Made by a program: the position numbers and the translations under genes
Assembly (NCBI GenBank): GCA_029953675.1
Contig: JAMWBK010000002.1
Coordinates: 2,108,001 to 2,172,000, forward strand
Direction of reading: 5' to 3'
DNA length: 64,000 nt
Source of the DNA: Rhodosorus marinus CCMP1338
Lineage: Eukaryota; Plantae; Rhodophyta
The notes under the pieces: model-generated
Told to the model about the DNA's origin: nothing
Databases searched by the model: none
What the model saw: only the letters and a program-made list of their open reading frames with translations
Shown here: positions 33,428 to 43,890 of the stretch, one piece after another
Layout: the number at the start of each line of letters is the position of its first letter
Position numbering within the stretch: the first letter of the stretch is position 1

Positions 33428-35233
33428 CTACGGGCCCCGGTCGACAACCCAATCGACATCATCCTTCACGGTTGAATCCAAGCTCTCCTTAATCAGACGG
33501 TACCGTTCCATCAAGGCCAATGGCTCAATGCTCAAGTCAAATGACTTGACGACGTTAGCAAGGGCGGTCTCAAACTCGTCCTCATCAACCTGCGAAAAAA
33601 AAGACAGAGAGATTCGAGGAAGGTTTAAAGCCACGTTCTTGCATTTCCCGCTTGGCCCGGAGGTACCGCCTACCTCAAAGAATCCACTTGCGGAAGCCAT
33701 GAAGCGAGCTGCCTCATGCAAAACATTTCTCCTAGCGAAAGCTTCGGCTACAAGCTCATAGAGCTCAGTATCCACCTCGACCCTGGCTTGAATCATCCTC
33801 TCAAACTCGTCAATAGCTGACTCTTCCTCGGCGAATCGGAGATAAGCGAAAACCTTGGCCTTCCACATATTCGAACTCGCTTCCACTTTTGCATTCTCAG
33901 CAGTAATCATCACCTTCACCGCTGAATCAAGGGCTTCGCTGTCCGATCTCGAGATTGTCTGAATCAGGTATGCGTAGCTTCGTTCATTCAAGCCGATCCG
34001 ACTGGCCATCATCTCTCCTATTGTGCGCCTTGCTTGAGGAACTTCTCCAGCCTTAGCACAAGCTTTCAAAACCAGTTCGAAACTTCTTCTGCGAGGAGCC
34101 AACCCGCGCTTACCCATTTCCATATGAAACTCTCTGGTGGCATCCACGTCGCCGAGTTCAGCGTACATGCCTAGCATAATTCGAGATGGAATCCATCCAG
34201 TCTCCCCACCCGATTCCCTAATCGTTTCAAACACCCTTTCAGCCTCTTCCACATCCAGACGCTTCGCGTAAACGTTGAGCACCGAGCTCATGCAGTGGTC
34301 ATCACATCGGATTCCGCGCTTGGCCATATCGTCGAGAGCAGCTTCCATGCCCTGTCGATCTCGCCGATCCGCGTACGAATCGATCATTGTGGAATAAACG
34401 TAAGCACTCAGCTTCACCCTCTTGTTCTCCTTTGCCTCTTGAAACAACTTTTCAAGCAGGTCATACCTCCGGATTTTGTTGAGGGCATCCATGGTCGAAG
34501 CGTAGGTCCACGTTGTATGTGCATATCCAATCCTTAAAAATTCGTCAAAGTACCCGAGAACCTTCTCCTCGTTGCGCAGCTTCCCGAACGAGTTTATCAT
34601 CGCGCTCAGCATAACTGGAGAAAGCTTTCGCTTTACAAGCTCCTGCTCAAAAAACTCCGCGTCCTCCGTCCTCCCCATCGACGCGCATTGGCTCAGCATG
34701 TAAGTCTGAAGATACTCATCAGCTTTCACACCGCGTCTACTCAGTAGGTGATAGATTGCGATAGCATCGTCCATTCTATTGCTCTTCTTCAGCGCTTTAA
34801 CGAGCTCCAAGGTTAGGTGGTTGTCCGGCTTCATATCCCTCACTGTCAGGAGATTGAGACCCCGCTGAATTTGATCAACCACGCCAAACTTTGAAAAAGT
34901 CTTCAGAGCGGTGTGTAACGCCTTCATGTTAACCGGCCACTCCCTGTGTTTCTCCATTTTTTCAAGGTATACCGCCGCGCCCTTCATTTTCCCCATGGGT
35001 CTTGTGTCGTTCCATTTCCGCCTCGCGCTTTCCTCAGCCAGCATGTCACCACTCCGTCTCGCCTCAAGAACCCTCTGACGAAGAGGATGGAGTTTCCTCT
35101 CAGCAGCCTTCGCGGCCTCGCCCCTTCTCTTCTGTGAAAACCCTTTGAATTCAAATCCGCTGCTTCCAGTCGGACTCCTCTTCAAAACCACCATCTCGAG
35201 AGAAGGATACTCAACAGACCACAGCGTTTTCAA
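33428..35233 (-). CDS. Pentatricopeptide repeat (PPR) protein
   Basis: 601-aa ORF with repeated 35-aa helical units (e.g. YSTMIDSYADRRDRQGMEAALDDMAKRGIRCD). The true start codon is uncertain and a short intron is possible near the 3' end. Confidence 0.9.
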   Translation of the reverse strand: MKTLWSVEYPSLEMVVLKRSPTGSSGFEFKGFSQKRRGEAAKAAERKLHPLRQRVLEARRSGDMLAEESARRKWNDTRPMGKMKGAAVYLEKMEKHREWPVNMKALHTALKTFSKFGVVDQIQRGLNLLTVRDMKPDNHLTLELVKALKKSNRMDDAIAIYHLLSRRGVKADEYLQTYMLSQCASMGRTEDAEFFEQELVKRKLSPVMLSAMINSFGKLRNEEKVLGYFDEFLRIGYAHTTWTYASTMDALNKIRRYDLLEKLFQEAKENKRVKLSAYVYSTMIDSYADRRDRQGMEAALDDMAKRGIRCDDHCMSSVLNVYAKRLDVEEAERVFETIRESGGETGWIPSRIMLGMYAELGDVDATREFHMEMGKRGLAPRRRSFELVLKACAKAGEVPQARRTIGEMMASRIGLNERSYAYLIQTISRSDSEALDSAVKVMITAENAKVEASSNMWKAKVFAYLRFAEEESAIDEFERMIQARVEVDTELYELVAEAFARRNVLHEAARFMASASGFFEVGGTSGPSGKCKNVALNLPRISLSFFSQVDEDEFETALANVVKSFDLSIEPLALMERYRLIKESLDSTVKDDVDWVVDRGP

Positions 35234-35416
35234 GGAAACCCCCTTCCAAAACCGTCAAAACCAAAACAGACTGTCTTGGAATCTGCGCTCTCGCTCCTAT
35301 ACCATACCTTCGAAACCTACGCACTGAAAGGCCGTTCCTTTCGCGTATTGAAAACCAAACCAAAGTATTCTGCAGAGGGACCTTGAGGCTGAGTAGCCAC
35401 CAAAAGTTCTCCGAAT

Positions 35417-35855
35417 AGGATGATCGACGGCGGCATTACCCCAAGCCGGTGCTACACAAAAGAAGGGACTCTTATCCGCGAAACCCCGCTCATCCCTGCA
35501 AGCAGTAACCTGTATTAGAACAAATCACGTGAGGCAGCTTCCCGCACTCTCTGTCTGCCGGACCGATTGGGCTGTTTTTCTCACTCCAGCGTTTCACAGT
35601 CAGTGTCAATCGGAGGTCCATTGCAACCAGCACAAATTAGAGCTCGTGCTATGTATAAGTAGGACTCAAGGCCTCAGTCAATCCCTGAACTGGCTTCCTC
35701 CAGATTTCCATAGAATGCTTCAGCATGTCGTCCTTTTCCTCCGCGTCAACGGTGCCACGCTCGAGGAGGATTGGGACAGTCCCAAAAACGGATTTGGGAC
35801 AAACGTGAAGATGGACGAGTACCTAGATAAAACCAAAGCTTGCGAGAAGCAATGA
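35417..35855 (+). CDS. Possible small spliced gene, product unknown
   Basis: ATG at ~35417, GT..AG-bounded short segments and a coding-like last exon ending DKTKACEKQ*. No recognisable domain. Confidence 0.25.
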
Positions 35856-37794
35856 CTGCCGGTTGATGAGGTCAGGATGTGCAACTCGAAGGCGTGGTTT
35901 AGGCTTACAGATTTCACATTGGTGGCGAACTGTCGCTTTTTCTCCGGTCCTATGCAGGATAATGGAAAGCCTTGCGGCGTGGGCTAAACGATATAGTGCT
36001 TCGGGAACAAGCCGGGGATAAACCATGCCTGCAGGTTCACATGGCCCAGTCCTGAGAGAGGGGAGGCAGGACGTCCTTTCAGACCCGCGATAAAGGCCGC
36101 AATGATTCCTGCGGGCAGCTCCTCCAGATGAGCAGTGGATCCCCGCACAGGACAACACGAGGACAAGACGAGGGCGTTTGTCGGGGACTATCTTCTCTGG
36201 GCGGTTACGTTAGCCTGGGAACACTAAATTACTGAAGACGCACGATGTTCAACATGCTTCAAACAACAACTGGGCGTTCATTCGCCATGACCCGAAGCTC
36301 AGCGCCGTGCACAGCCGGGAACGTGCGCGCAACGGAGGCAGTCTCTGAATCAAGTACCTCCCTTACCATCAAGAAACACGAACGAATCAATCACAAGCGG
36401 GACTAGTTGGACTCGTCATGGCATATTCAAGATGCATCAACCAATCTAGTAAGACCTCCCTACCAAACGACCCTCGCCGAGATTCGAACTCTGGACTTTC
36501 AGCACGTTCGGCTGTCGCCGTAAAATCAGCTACCAGAACTTTCAAGATCTTGGTTAGTCGACGCCCCCGAGTACCCACAGCGTTGTTCGGGCCTCCGCGC
36601 GACGTCGCGAGCGTGGCGCACAAGCAAGGGCGCGGAGGCGCAGCAAGATAATTTAGCCAAACTCCTCATGCGGCGCTTCCTCGAGCGAGCAGCACCGGCG
36701 AGCAGGCGCGGATTCGCCGAAGAGGGGTTTAGCTAAAAATATCACGATGTTGGGGATATCTAATGGCAAAGTGAACATTCATGCATCTACGGCCTTCATC
36801 ATCATCAATCATCGTTGTATGGCAGGGGTAGTATCCAGAGCTAAGTTGTAGTCGAAACTACTGGGAACAACCCACCAATCAGAAGCCTCGAGACAAGACA
36901 AAGTCGGGTTCTCAAAGGCCAACACGTGCTGCGATCTTTGCTCGGATACGGAGTTTTTACATTAGAATCACTCGTTTTCGAGACGTGGACCCCAAAATCC
37001 TGTCCACGTTGTGAAACTTACACTTGGGGTATCACACCTTTTTACCAAGGGCCTGCAGAAAAGTACTAAAGTCAAGATATGATGCCGCCGAAGCTTGTTT
37101 GGTTTCTGATGATAAACTAGTTGCTAGCTACTAACTAACAACGCAGTAAAAAGGCTCGGCGATCAACACAGCGGTGAGGACACTCTATCACTTTATCTCA
37201 AGACGATGCAAAGGGCTCAACCAACGCCTTTTAGTCCTCCCACGTCGAGTGAGCGCTGCCAAAATACAGAGTGCGCTGGTCTCCAAAAAGCAAAACCTGA
37301 GTATCCTCAAAAAGCACTTTAGGGGCAAATGTTTCAATTTGTCTTTGAGCCTGGGGTTACGAAGACCAAAAATTTGGTCTTCGAAATGCTACCGTTACGG
37401 CCGCCCCTACTTTTTGGAAGCTACTTCAAGTAAAATACAAAATCCGGAAAGCGAGGATTTTCTTGTCTCCCTTCTTTACCCCCCCCCCCCGGGCGGCTGT
37501 TCCCATCCTTCCACGTCCAATCTTCAGACGAAATCGAGGTCAAGGCGAACCAAAGGCAACAGCTGTTGGCGAGCAAGCATAAGTACGGCGTCTATGACTT
37601 TTGACTTGACTTTCCTTCATTCCGCGTCTGTGGGAGCGCGTCGTGTTATTTATCTCCAAATATTCGATGTCGCTTTTGTAATTGTGAAAAAAGTACCAGA
37701 CCCGACAGTACTGGGCGCCCAGAGGCGTCAGGGCAGCCACTACAGCTGTTGCCGAGACTTGTGCGAATGTTAGAATTCACCTGGGTTCTGACAG

Positions 37795-37915
37795 TAGGGT
37801 GGTGCTAGTGGGTCGGGTTTTTCGCTGTTTGCGACCAAGAAGTGGTCAAACCCTCGAAATCAGGGATGGTTAGAGGGGTAATCAAGGAAAACCCGACCCG
37901 CTCGGCACAACCATA
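37795..37915. mobile_element. ~120-bp MITE-like element
   Basis: Imperfect ~28-bp terminal inverted repeats (TAGGGTGGTGCTAGTGGGTCGGGTTTT vs. reverse complement TATGGTTGTGCCGAGCGGGTCGGGTTTT). TSD is not clear. Confidence 0.55.
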
Positions 37916-39752
37916 ATGACAATGAGAGATTGCCCACGTAAACAAAAACAAACCCCGGAGAATCTCTCAAGTTCTCCCCCAAAATTGCAACAGTTGTTGC
38001 AAATTTCGGAATCGCTAACGAAAGGAACCCCCATTCAAAAAACAAACATGCGTTCTGAGATTCCGTTGCATTGAGATAAAATATAAACCCGCGGGAAAAA
38101 AAATTTGGCAACAAATGTTGCTGAGTTTTTTATTCTTACCAGGGTTGTACTGACTCATCAGTCCCCCAAAGCTAATTACTGGAGCGGCATAGTTGTTTGA
38201 CCGAAAACTACACTGGTTTCGAGTATTCGACTGGTATCTTCAGGTATTTATTCTAAAAATCGATGCTGACGTTTCGGAGTCGCCACGCAAGTTTCCATGA
38301 ACCAAAAACAGGGAAAATTGAACCTCGATCCGAAACCTATAAAAACTGATGAGTATTTTAACAGGAGACCGACGACGTAAATGAGTACCAGAGCTACACT
38401 GAACCAAATAGTAACATTAACACCTCGGGCAAGGTATTGAATAGCAAGTCCTACTAGTCTCCAACAGCATCTGCCGAAGAATATTGATTGATTACAAGTA
38501 AGAACCGGTATATTGACAGAACTATTTTTCAATCCTTGCAATTGTTGGAGATTTTTTGCCCTCAAGAAGCACTCACAATTCAAAGCGAAATCCAGCAACT
38601 AATATCGGAATGAGAACACTCCGTCCTGAAGTTACAAAACATAGGTGATTGTAGGGGGGGTCCGTTTGCGATCCTAAGCAGACTATTTGTATATGTGATT
38701 CCGCAGCAAACAGTCCTGTTTTGAGAGAGAAAGAAGCGCTTATAAACGTGGTTTCTGCTTTTGTATATCTATAGATATAACACAGGTTAATTGAAAATCA
38801 CCAGTACAGTGCTTCTCTCTGTGTCTAATTCCCGGACATGAAGTGACGAACCAGCCATCTCCCCCCCCCCCCTTGGATTGTTGAGCCCAAAGGTCTGATG
38901 AAATGGGAAATTTTCACTGCAGCAAGCAATTCTCGCTATCCCACGGCTGTCGGAGTTGGAACAGCTGTTGTGCTCTGTTTTGAACAGTCGAGCTAGGCGG
39001 ACCTAATAGCGAAATTCTCTTCGATTCTCTCAGACGAGGAAACGCAAAACCTGCCTGGCGCGCTTCAGAGGCGCCTTGAAGGCCGACTCATTACTCCACC
39101 GACAGCTGCCCCTAGTCGATATGTTTTCCAGTCGAGCTTCCACCGCCCCCCCCCCGTGGACCCCCAAATAGCCGAAACGTTGCAGGCTGGTAGCTCCACC
39201 GAGCTTGTTCCAAGGACGGAAACGCGTGAACTGCAGAGCAAAAATTTCATGGCGCCATCATAGTATTTCTCGTTTCCAATCAGATATCGCTCACCCTTTT
39301 TTTACAACGCGTAGCGACAGCTGGTGTCTAAGGGTCTTTTCACAACCCCCCAAATATACTTAAAATACCGATTTTCCTCCTCGCCAATCAGAATCGAACC
39401 GTAACTTGTAAAGCGCTAAAATTTGGAGTTCCTCCTTAATGCTGGTTGAGCATTCGTGTTTTAATAGAAAATTACGTCTCTTGTCAGTACTTCGGTGTGC
39501 CTCCAGAGGCTCGATGGATGCTATCGGTGTTGGCTGGGATAGTAACTATGTTCGTTGCTCGTCGCGGGATCGCGGACGCCCGCGGAAAGAGATTCGCGAT
39601 AAACCCCTTAGGGCTCACTGTCCAGTTGAAGAGTATAAAGTTAGCCGCGCTCACAACGGTTACTTACTTGTGCGCAAATTTGGAGGGGGATACTTTGGTT
39701 GGAGCAAGTGGTGGGACTTTGAAGGGGCAGGCAAAGGGTATTGGAAGCAGCC

Positions 39753-41174
39753 ATGAGGGTTTTAGGCTCAGTTTGGCTACTAGCGCTGATCTGCTTCAGC
39801 AGTACACTGAACGTGTCTACGAGCGGATCACCAGTGGCGGTTGTGAAGGGTGAGACGAATGTGGGAATTTGGGAGACTGTCAATGAGGGTGCAGAAACAG
39901 CCCGTTTTGCAGTGAGTGCCTCCGTTCGACAGGATGAGGATGAGGATGGGGAGGACCACGATGATGAGGACGGAGAGGACCATGATGAGGACCATGATGA
40001 GGACCATGATGAGGACCATGATGAGGACCATGATGAGGACCATGATGAGGACCATGATGATGACCATGGGGATGACGGTGAACATGACCATGGGGATGAC
40101 GGTGAACATGACGATGACGAAGGAACCTGCGATAAAACTTGTCAGAATTGGAAGATCGGTTTCCTCTTCTTTATCCTACTAGGAGGGCTCATAGGAGGAT
40201 TTCTCCCACTGCTGTTTACTGGGAAGGGTGAGTCCATGGGAAAGGTATCTGAGGGGCTGTTTATGTGCTCCGGAGGTGTTCTCCTTGCCATTTCACTCCT
40301 GGATATTTTGCCCCACGCCATAGAGGATTTAGGTCCAACCGAGGAAGAGTCCTGGAAGGGATATCCATTCGCGATGACAATCGCCATGACCGGCTTTCTC
40401 CTGGACCACCTCGTCGAAAAAGTTGGCGCCCACTACCTCGAAAATTATTTGACCAGGAAAAGGCATGAGAAAGAAGCTTTGAGCCACCCGGACAGCGCAA
40501 CGGCGGTGGCGTTTGATGAAAATGCGGCTGAGGAGAAAGATCAACTAGGGGAATACTCCGTGAGCTCCGAGGCTGAATCTCAACACTTGGCAGCCAACGC
40601 TGCAGCAGATCAAGATGCGGATGAAGCGGTGAAGGTGCTTGATGACGCTGATGAGAAGCAGCTTGTGGACAGTGATAAGAAGCAGAAATCGAAAGCCTCG
40701 GTGCTGGAGCTTCAGTATCTCATCGCGGCGGTTGCCGGGTACGTTGCCCTATCCCTGCATGCTGTCCTAGCGGGGCTCAGCTTAGGGATAGGCGACTGGG
40801 AAACTGCCCTAAGCTTTTTTATTGCGATCATTTCCCACAAGATATTCGCAAGCTTTGCCGCCGCAACAAACTTCCTCAAGTCCAACCCGAAGTTGTGGCA
40901 ATTCATTCTGGCAGTGGTTGCCTTCAGTTTGGTGACACCAGTGGGTGTTGCTATTGGTATGGGCCTAACGGGCCTGGCTAGTACCGTTGCCGTTGGAACT
41001 CTCCAGGCTCTCTCAGGGGGTATGCTTATCTATGTTGCGAGTGTACATACATTAATGCATAGCGAAGGCAAACTGTCCCCGCTAGTCGAGTACACCTCGT
41101 ATTTAAGTGGCGCGGTGCTTATTACCGTAGTAACCGTAATCGTAACGTTTACCGGCGAGGGTCACAGCCACTGA
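39753..41174 (+). CDS. ZIP (ZRT/IRT-like) metal transporter with signal peptide and N-terminal His/Asp-rich repeat
   Basis: Intronless ORF; multiple TM helices, TM4 LSLHAVLAGLSLG, TM5 ISHKIF, VTPVGVAIG, LQALSGGMLIYV. Confidence 0.93.
   Translation: MRVLGSVWLLALICFSSTLNVSTSGSPVAVVKGETNVGIWETVNEGAETARFAVSASVRQDEDEDGEDHDDEDGEDHDEDHDEDHDEDHDEDHDEDHDEDHDDDHGDDGEHDHGDDGEHDDDEGTCDKTCQNWKIGFLFFILLGGLIGGFLPLLFTGKGESMGKVSEGLFMCSGGVLLAISLLDILPHAIEDLGPTEEESWKGYPFAMTIAMTGFLLDHLVEKVGAHYLENYLTRKRHEKEALSHPDSATAVAFDENAAEEKDQLGEYSVSSEAESQHLAANAAADQDADEAVKVLDDADEKQLVDSDKKQKSKASVLELQYLIAAVAGYVALSLHAVLAGLSLGIGDWETALSFFIAIISHKIFASFAAATNFLKSNPKLWQFILAVVAFSLVTPVGVAIGMGLTGLASTVAVGTLQALSGGMLIYVASVHTLMHSEGKLSPLVEYTSYLSGAVLITVVTVIVTFTGEGHSH
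39975..40109 (+). repeat. Coding tandem repeat: GAGGACCATGAT x7 (EDHD) plus a 24-bp unit x2 (DHGDDGEH)
   Basis: Read directly from the sequence. Confidence 0.95.
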
Positions 41175-41940
41175 GAATGACATCTACGTAATTGTAATCT
41201 CAATAGCGGTAGGACATTTGGGATCAGAGTGCTGTTGAGGAATAAATTAACAAAGTCTGTGTGAGGACGGGAAACTGGTAGGTGAGGCCGAACGGCTCAA
41301 CCTTTGTCGACATCATCCATCGAGTATATCAACCACTCGGGGTATCTGGCTCGTATCTTTTGGAAAGCATATTGCGCGGTCTAAGTAATATGCGCACCAA
41401 CGTGAAGCATAGGAGAGCTTTATACGTATGGCATGAGATGCGCAAAACTCTGACCATACCTAGACGGAGGATGCGTTCTTCGTCGCGACCGTGAGGTGCC
41501 AAGGAAGGGATTGAAGGAATAATCAGTCGACGGGCCGCATTTTATGACCATAAATCACACGGCCCTACTTCTGTACTGCTTGCGCACCGAGGACGCCCGC
41601 TCAAAACTGTGAGGTTGTTCCGTGCACGGAACAGAGCGCTGAACAGACGATGGCGAAAAGCTTTAACAGGAAAAGCTGACTTTGCTCTTCCCAGTGGGGG
41701 TGATTCCCAGGGATCTCTCGGACGAAGACTCTATGGAGTTAAGTCCAGTGGGCGCTTGCTCAATTCCCCTCGGGACCGCTCCGCATCCTTTCATTCTTAA
41801 GCTGTCCGCGGTCAGGGGTCAACAAAACTGGTCGCCCATGACCCGCCCCAACTGGGTGGACGCACTACCACAGCACACGGAGTCTATGTTACGAGGATTC
41901 TTCTACCCAGAATGCTGAAACTCGACGCCCTACCGTCCTG

Positions 41941-42015
41941 TAAGTTTTCCCCTAGATAGTAGTAGAAATAGTGATGCGCTGCAGTAGGCAGCTGCCCGGT
42001 AAAGCTTACGGTTAC
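41941..42015 (-). pseudogene. ZIP-paralog 3'-end fragment
   Basis: Reads VTVSFTGQLPTAAHH; similar to 7800-7910 and 43790-43860. Confidence 0.55.
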
Positions 42016-42269
42016 GTACTTCAAGCCCCGAATTTCAAGCCCAGCGCGTCGTTGCTCAGGGTTGGACCCGAAAAGGTCGAGCCGACTTGCGAGTAGACCA
42101 CTGCCGAACACTGAAAATAGTTCTGAGCAAAAATAAGCCCAAGACGTCTAGCCGGCCTGCGTAATCACTGCCTGTGGTCTTGGAGAGCCAAGTGGTGAAG
42201 TCAGGACCAAATCCGCAAATCCATGACAAGTGGCTGCTGATACGGGCCAACTCAACAACCGGTACAATC

Positions 42270-43515
42270 TGTTCAAGGGTATCTGGCCTTCACCAAAGGG
42301 GTACCATAGCGAATATACACTATACCCATCGCAGGGTGAATGAGGACCGTCCATCGTAGTTGGACGCACGAACGTTAGCGTGGTTCTTGAATGCATTTGT
42401 TTCATGGGGTCTGGGTACGAATCAAGGAAGGCACCGATGTTTGCGAAAAGGATACAACAGAGGTCAATCTTCTACATGGTCTCATCGCCTCTGAGTTTTG
42501 GGTGTCTAGCCTTCTGTGCCAAATATTTCCTGCACATCTCGTGACATATATCCTGCACGTCTCGTGATCATCAGTCTGCCAGGTCTCCTACCTCATTCAC
42601 CCGGTACTCGCGATCGAAAAACTCGGGGTTTACGATTACGTCATCTAGGTGACTTCTTCCGCAACGGATTTAGACGTCATGATGATTGGTGTTGACAGGC
42701 TTGCGTCATAGCATTCCATACGTATTGACGATGTCTTTGACGTATCCTGTCTGCCCGAAGTAGATTTGGTAGATTTCGCGGGGTATATTTGGTAGATACC
42801 AAAAGTACCAGGTGACAGCGTATTCTGACTAAACTTGGGCTGACGATAATGTCGATCGAAGGAGCACTAGCGGTAGGCTAGTCACCCTGAACAGATCAAC
42901 CGTGCTGTACAGGTCGTGGAGGCAGCGCTCAATCGCACAATCCACAACGGAAGCAGAATATCAAGCACTTGGGGACATGCTCACATTACAACGCTGGCTA
43001 CAAGAATTTCTTGAGGAGCTGGGACGCGAAGTCGAGAGGCCAATGTTAGCCTATTCTGACAACAATTCCTGCATTAAGTGTTCGCTAAGTAACGACAGCC
43101 GGTTGTCGCGGCACGTGTCTGTGAAACTGCATTGTGCAAGGTACCGGTGCACAAGCGGAGAGGTATCATTGAGGTATCTTCCAACGGAGGAAATGCTTGC
43201 GGATGTATTTACCAAGCCCCTTGGTGACGAACCTACCTTTGGTAGCCGAGGGCGAGTGTTGAAAGGTTATGGGTATGCGGCCTTCACCACAGGGGTAGAA
43301 ACCTTCCCTTAGAAGTAGAAGACAATATTGGTACCATAGCGGATATGCACTATACTTGGCGTAGAGTGAATGAGGACCGTCCATCGTAGTCGGAGACTAC
43401 GACGTTAGAGTACTCATTGAATGCATTTGTGCATGGGACAGGGTACGAATAAAGGAAGGCACCGATGTTTGCGAAAAGGTTATATATCCTTTCCCGCAGA
43501 GGTCAATTTTCTACA
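42270..43515 (+). mobile_element. Internally deleted Ty1/Copia element: LTRs 42270-42476 and 43257-43515, RNase H remnant 42902-43230
   Basis: TGTT..TACA LTRs; perfect 5-bp TSD CAATC (42265-69, 43516-20); TGG-initiated PBS-like site at 42477; PPT GAGGGCGAG; SIAQSTTEAEY..YSDN..MLADVFTKPL. Confidence 0.92.
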
Positions 43516-43629
43516 CAATCCGACTCAAAAGAAAGTACGGAAATCGAGCAATACTCTTATGTTTTTTTTCTAGTTCAGCGCTTTGACTGGATTTTTTGGT
43601 AAATGGAGATCGGAATTCGAAGGGAGGAG

Positions 43630-43890
43630 GGTGATCGCCATTGGGACCCTCCAGTCGCTCTCTGCGGGAATGCTTCTCTACGTGGGAACCGTACATGCTT
43701 TGGACATGCAGGTGAAAAGCTGTCCACGCTCTTAAACTGTACATCGTATCTATCTGGTGCGATTCTTGTCACCGTCATCACCGTACCTGTAGACTTTACT
43801 GGGCAACTACCTAATGCAGCGCAACACTAGTTCTATCACTATCTAGGGAAGAATGTTAGGTTTAACCCCAGCAACCCGGGGTCGAGGGAT
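43630..43890 (+). pseudogene. Frameshifted ZIP paralog, C-terminal fragment
   Basis: IAIGTLQSLSAGMLLYVGTVH / KLSTLLNCTSYLSGAILVTVITVPVDFTG aligns with the end of the ZIP at ~40990-41174. Confidence 0.8.

Noticed and set aside
37479-39160. Poly-C tracts (~37480, ~38860, ~39145) as regulatory G-quadruplexes
   Set aside because: Isolated homopolymers with no further support.
39828-40182. ORFs with (MVLI)n and (MMRT)n repeats
   Set aside because: Antisense and off-frame readings of the ZIP EDHD repeat.
41660-41850. Degenerate N-terminal ZIP pseudogene segment
   Set aside because: Only short patches resemble the ZIP gene (e.g. AAAACTGGTCGCCCATGACC vs. AAAAGTTGGCGCCCACTACC); not supportable without an alignment.
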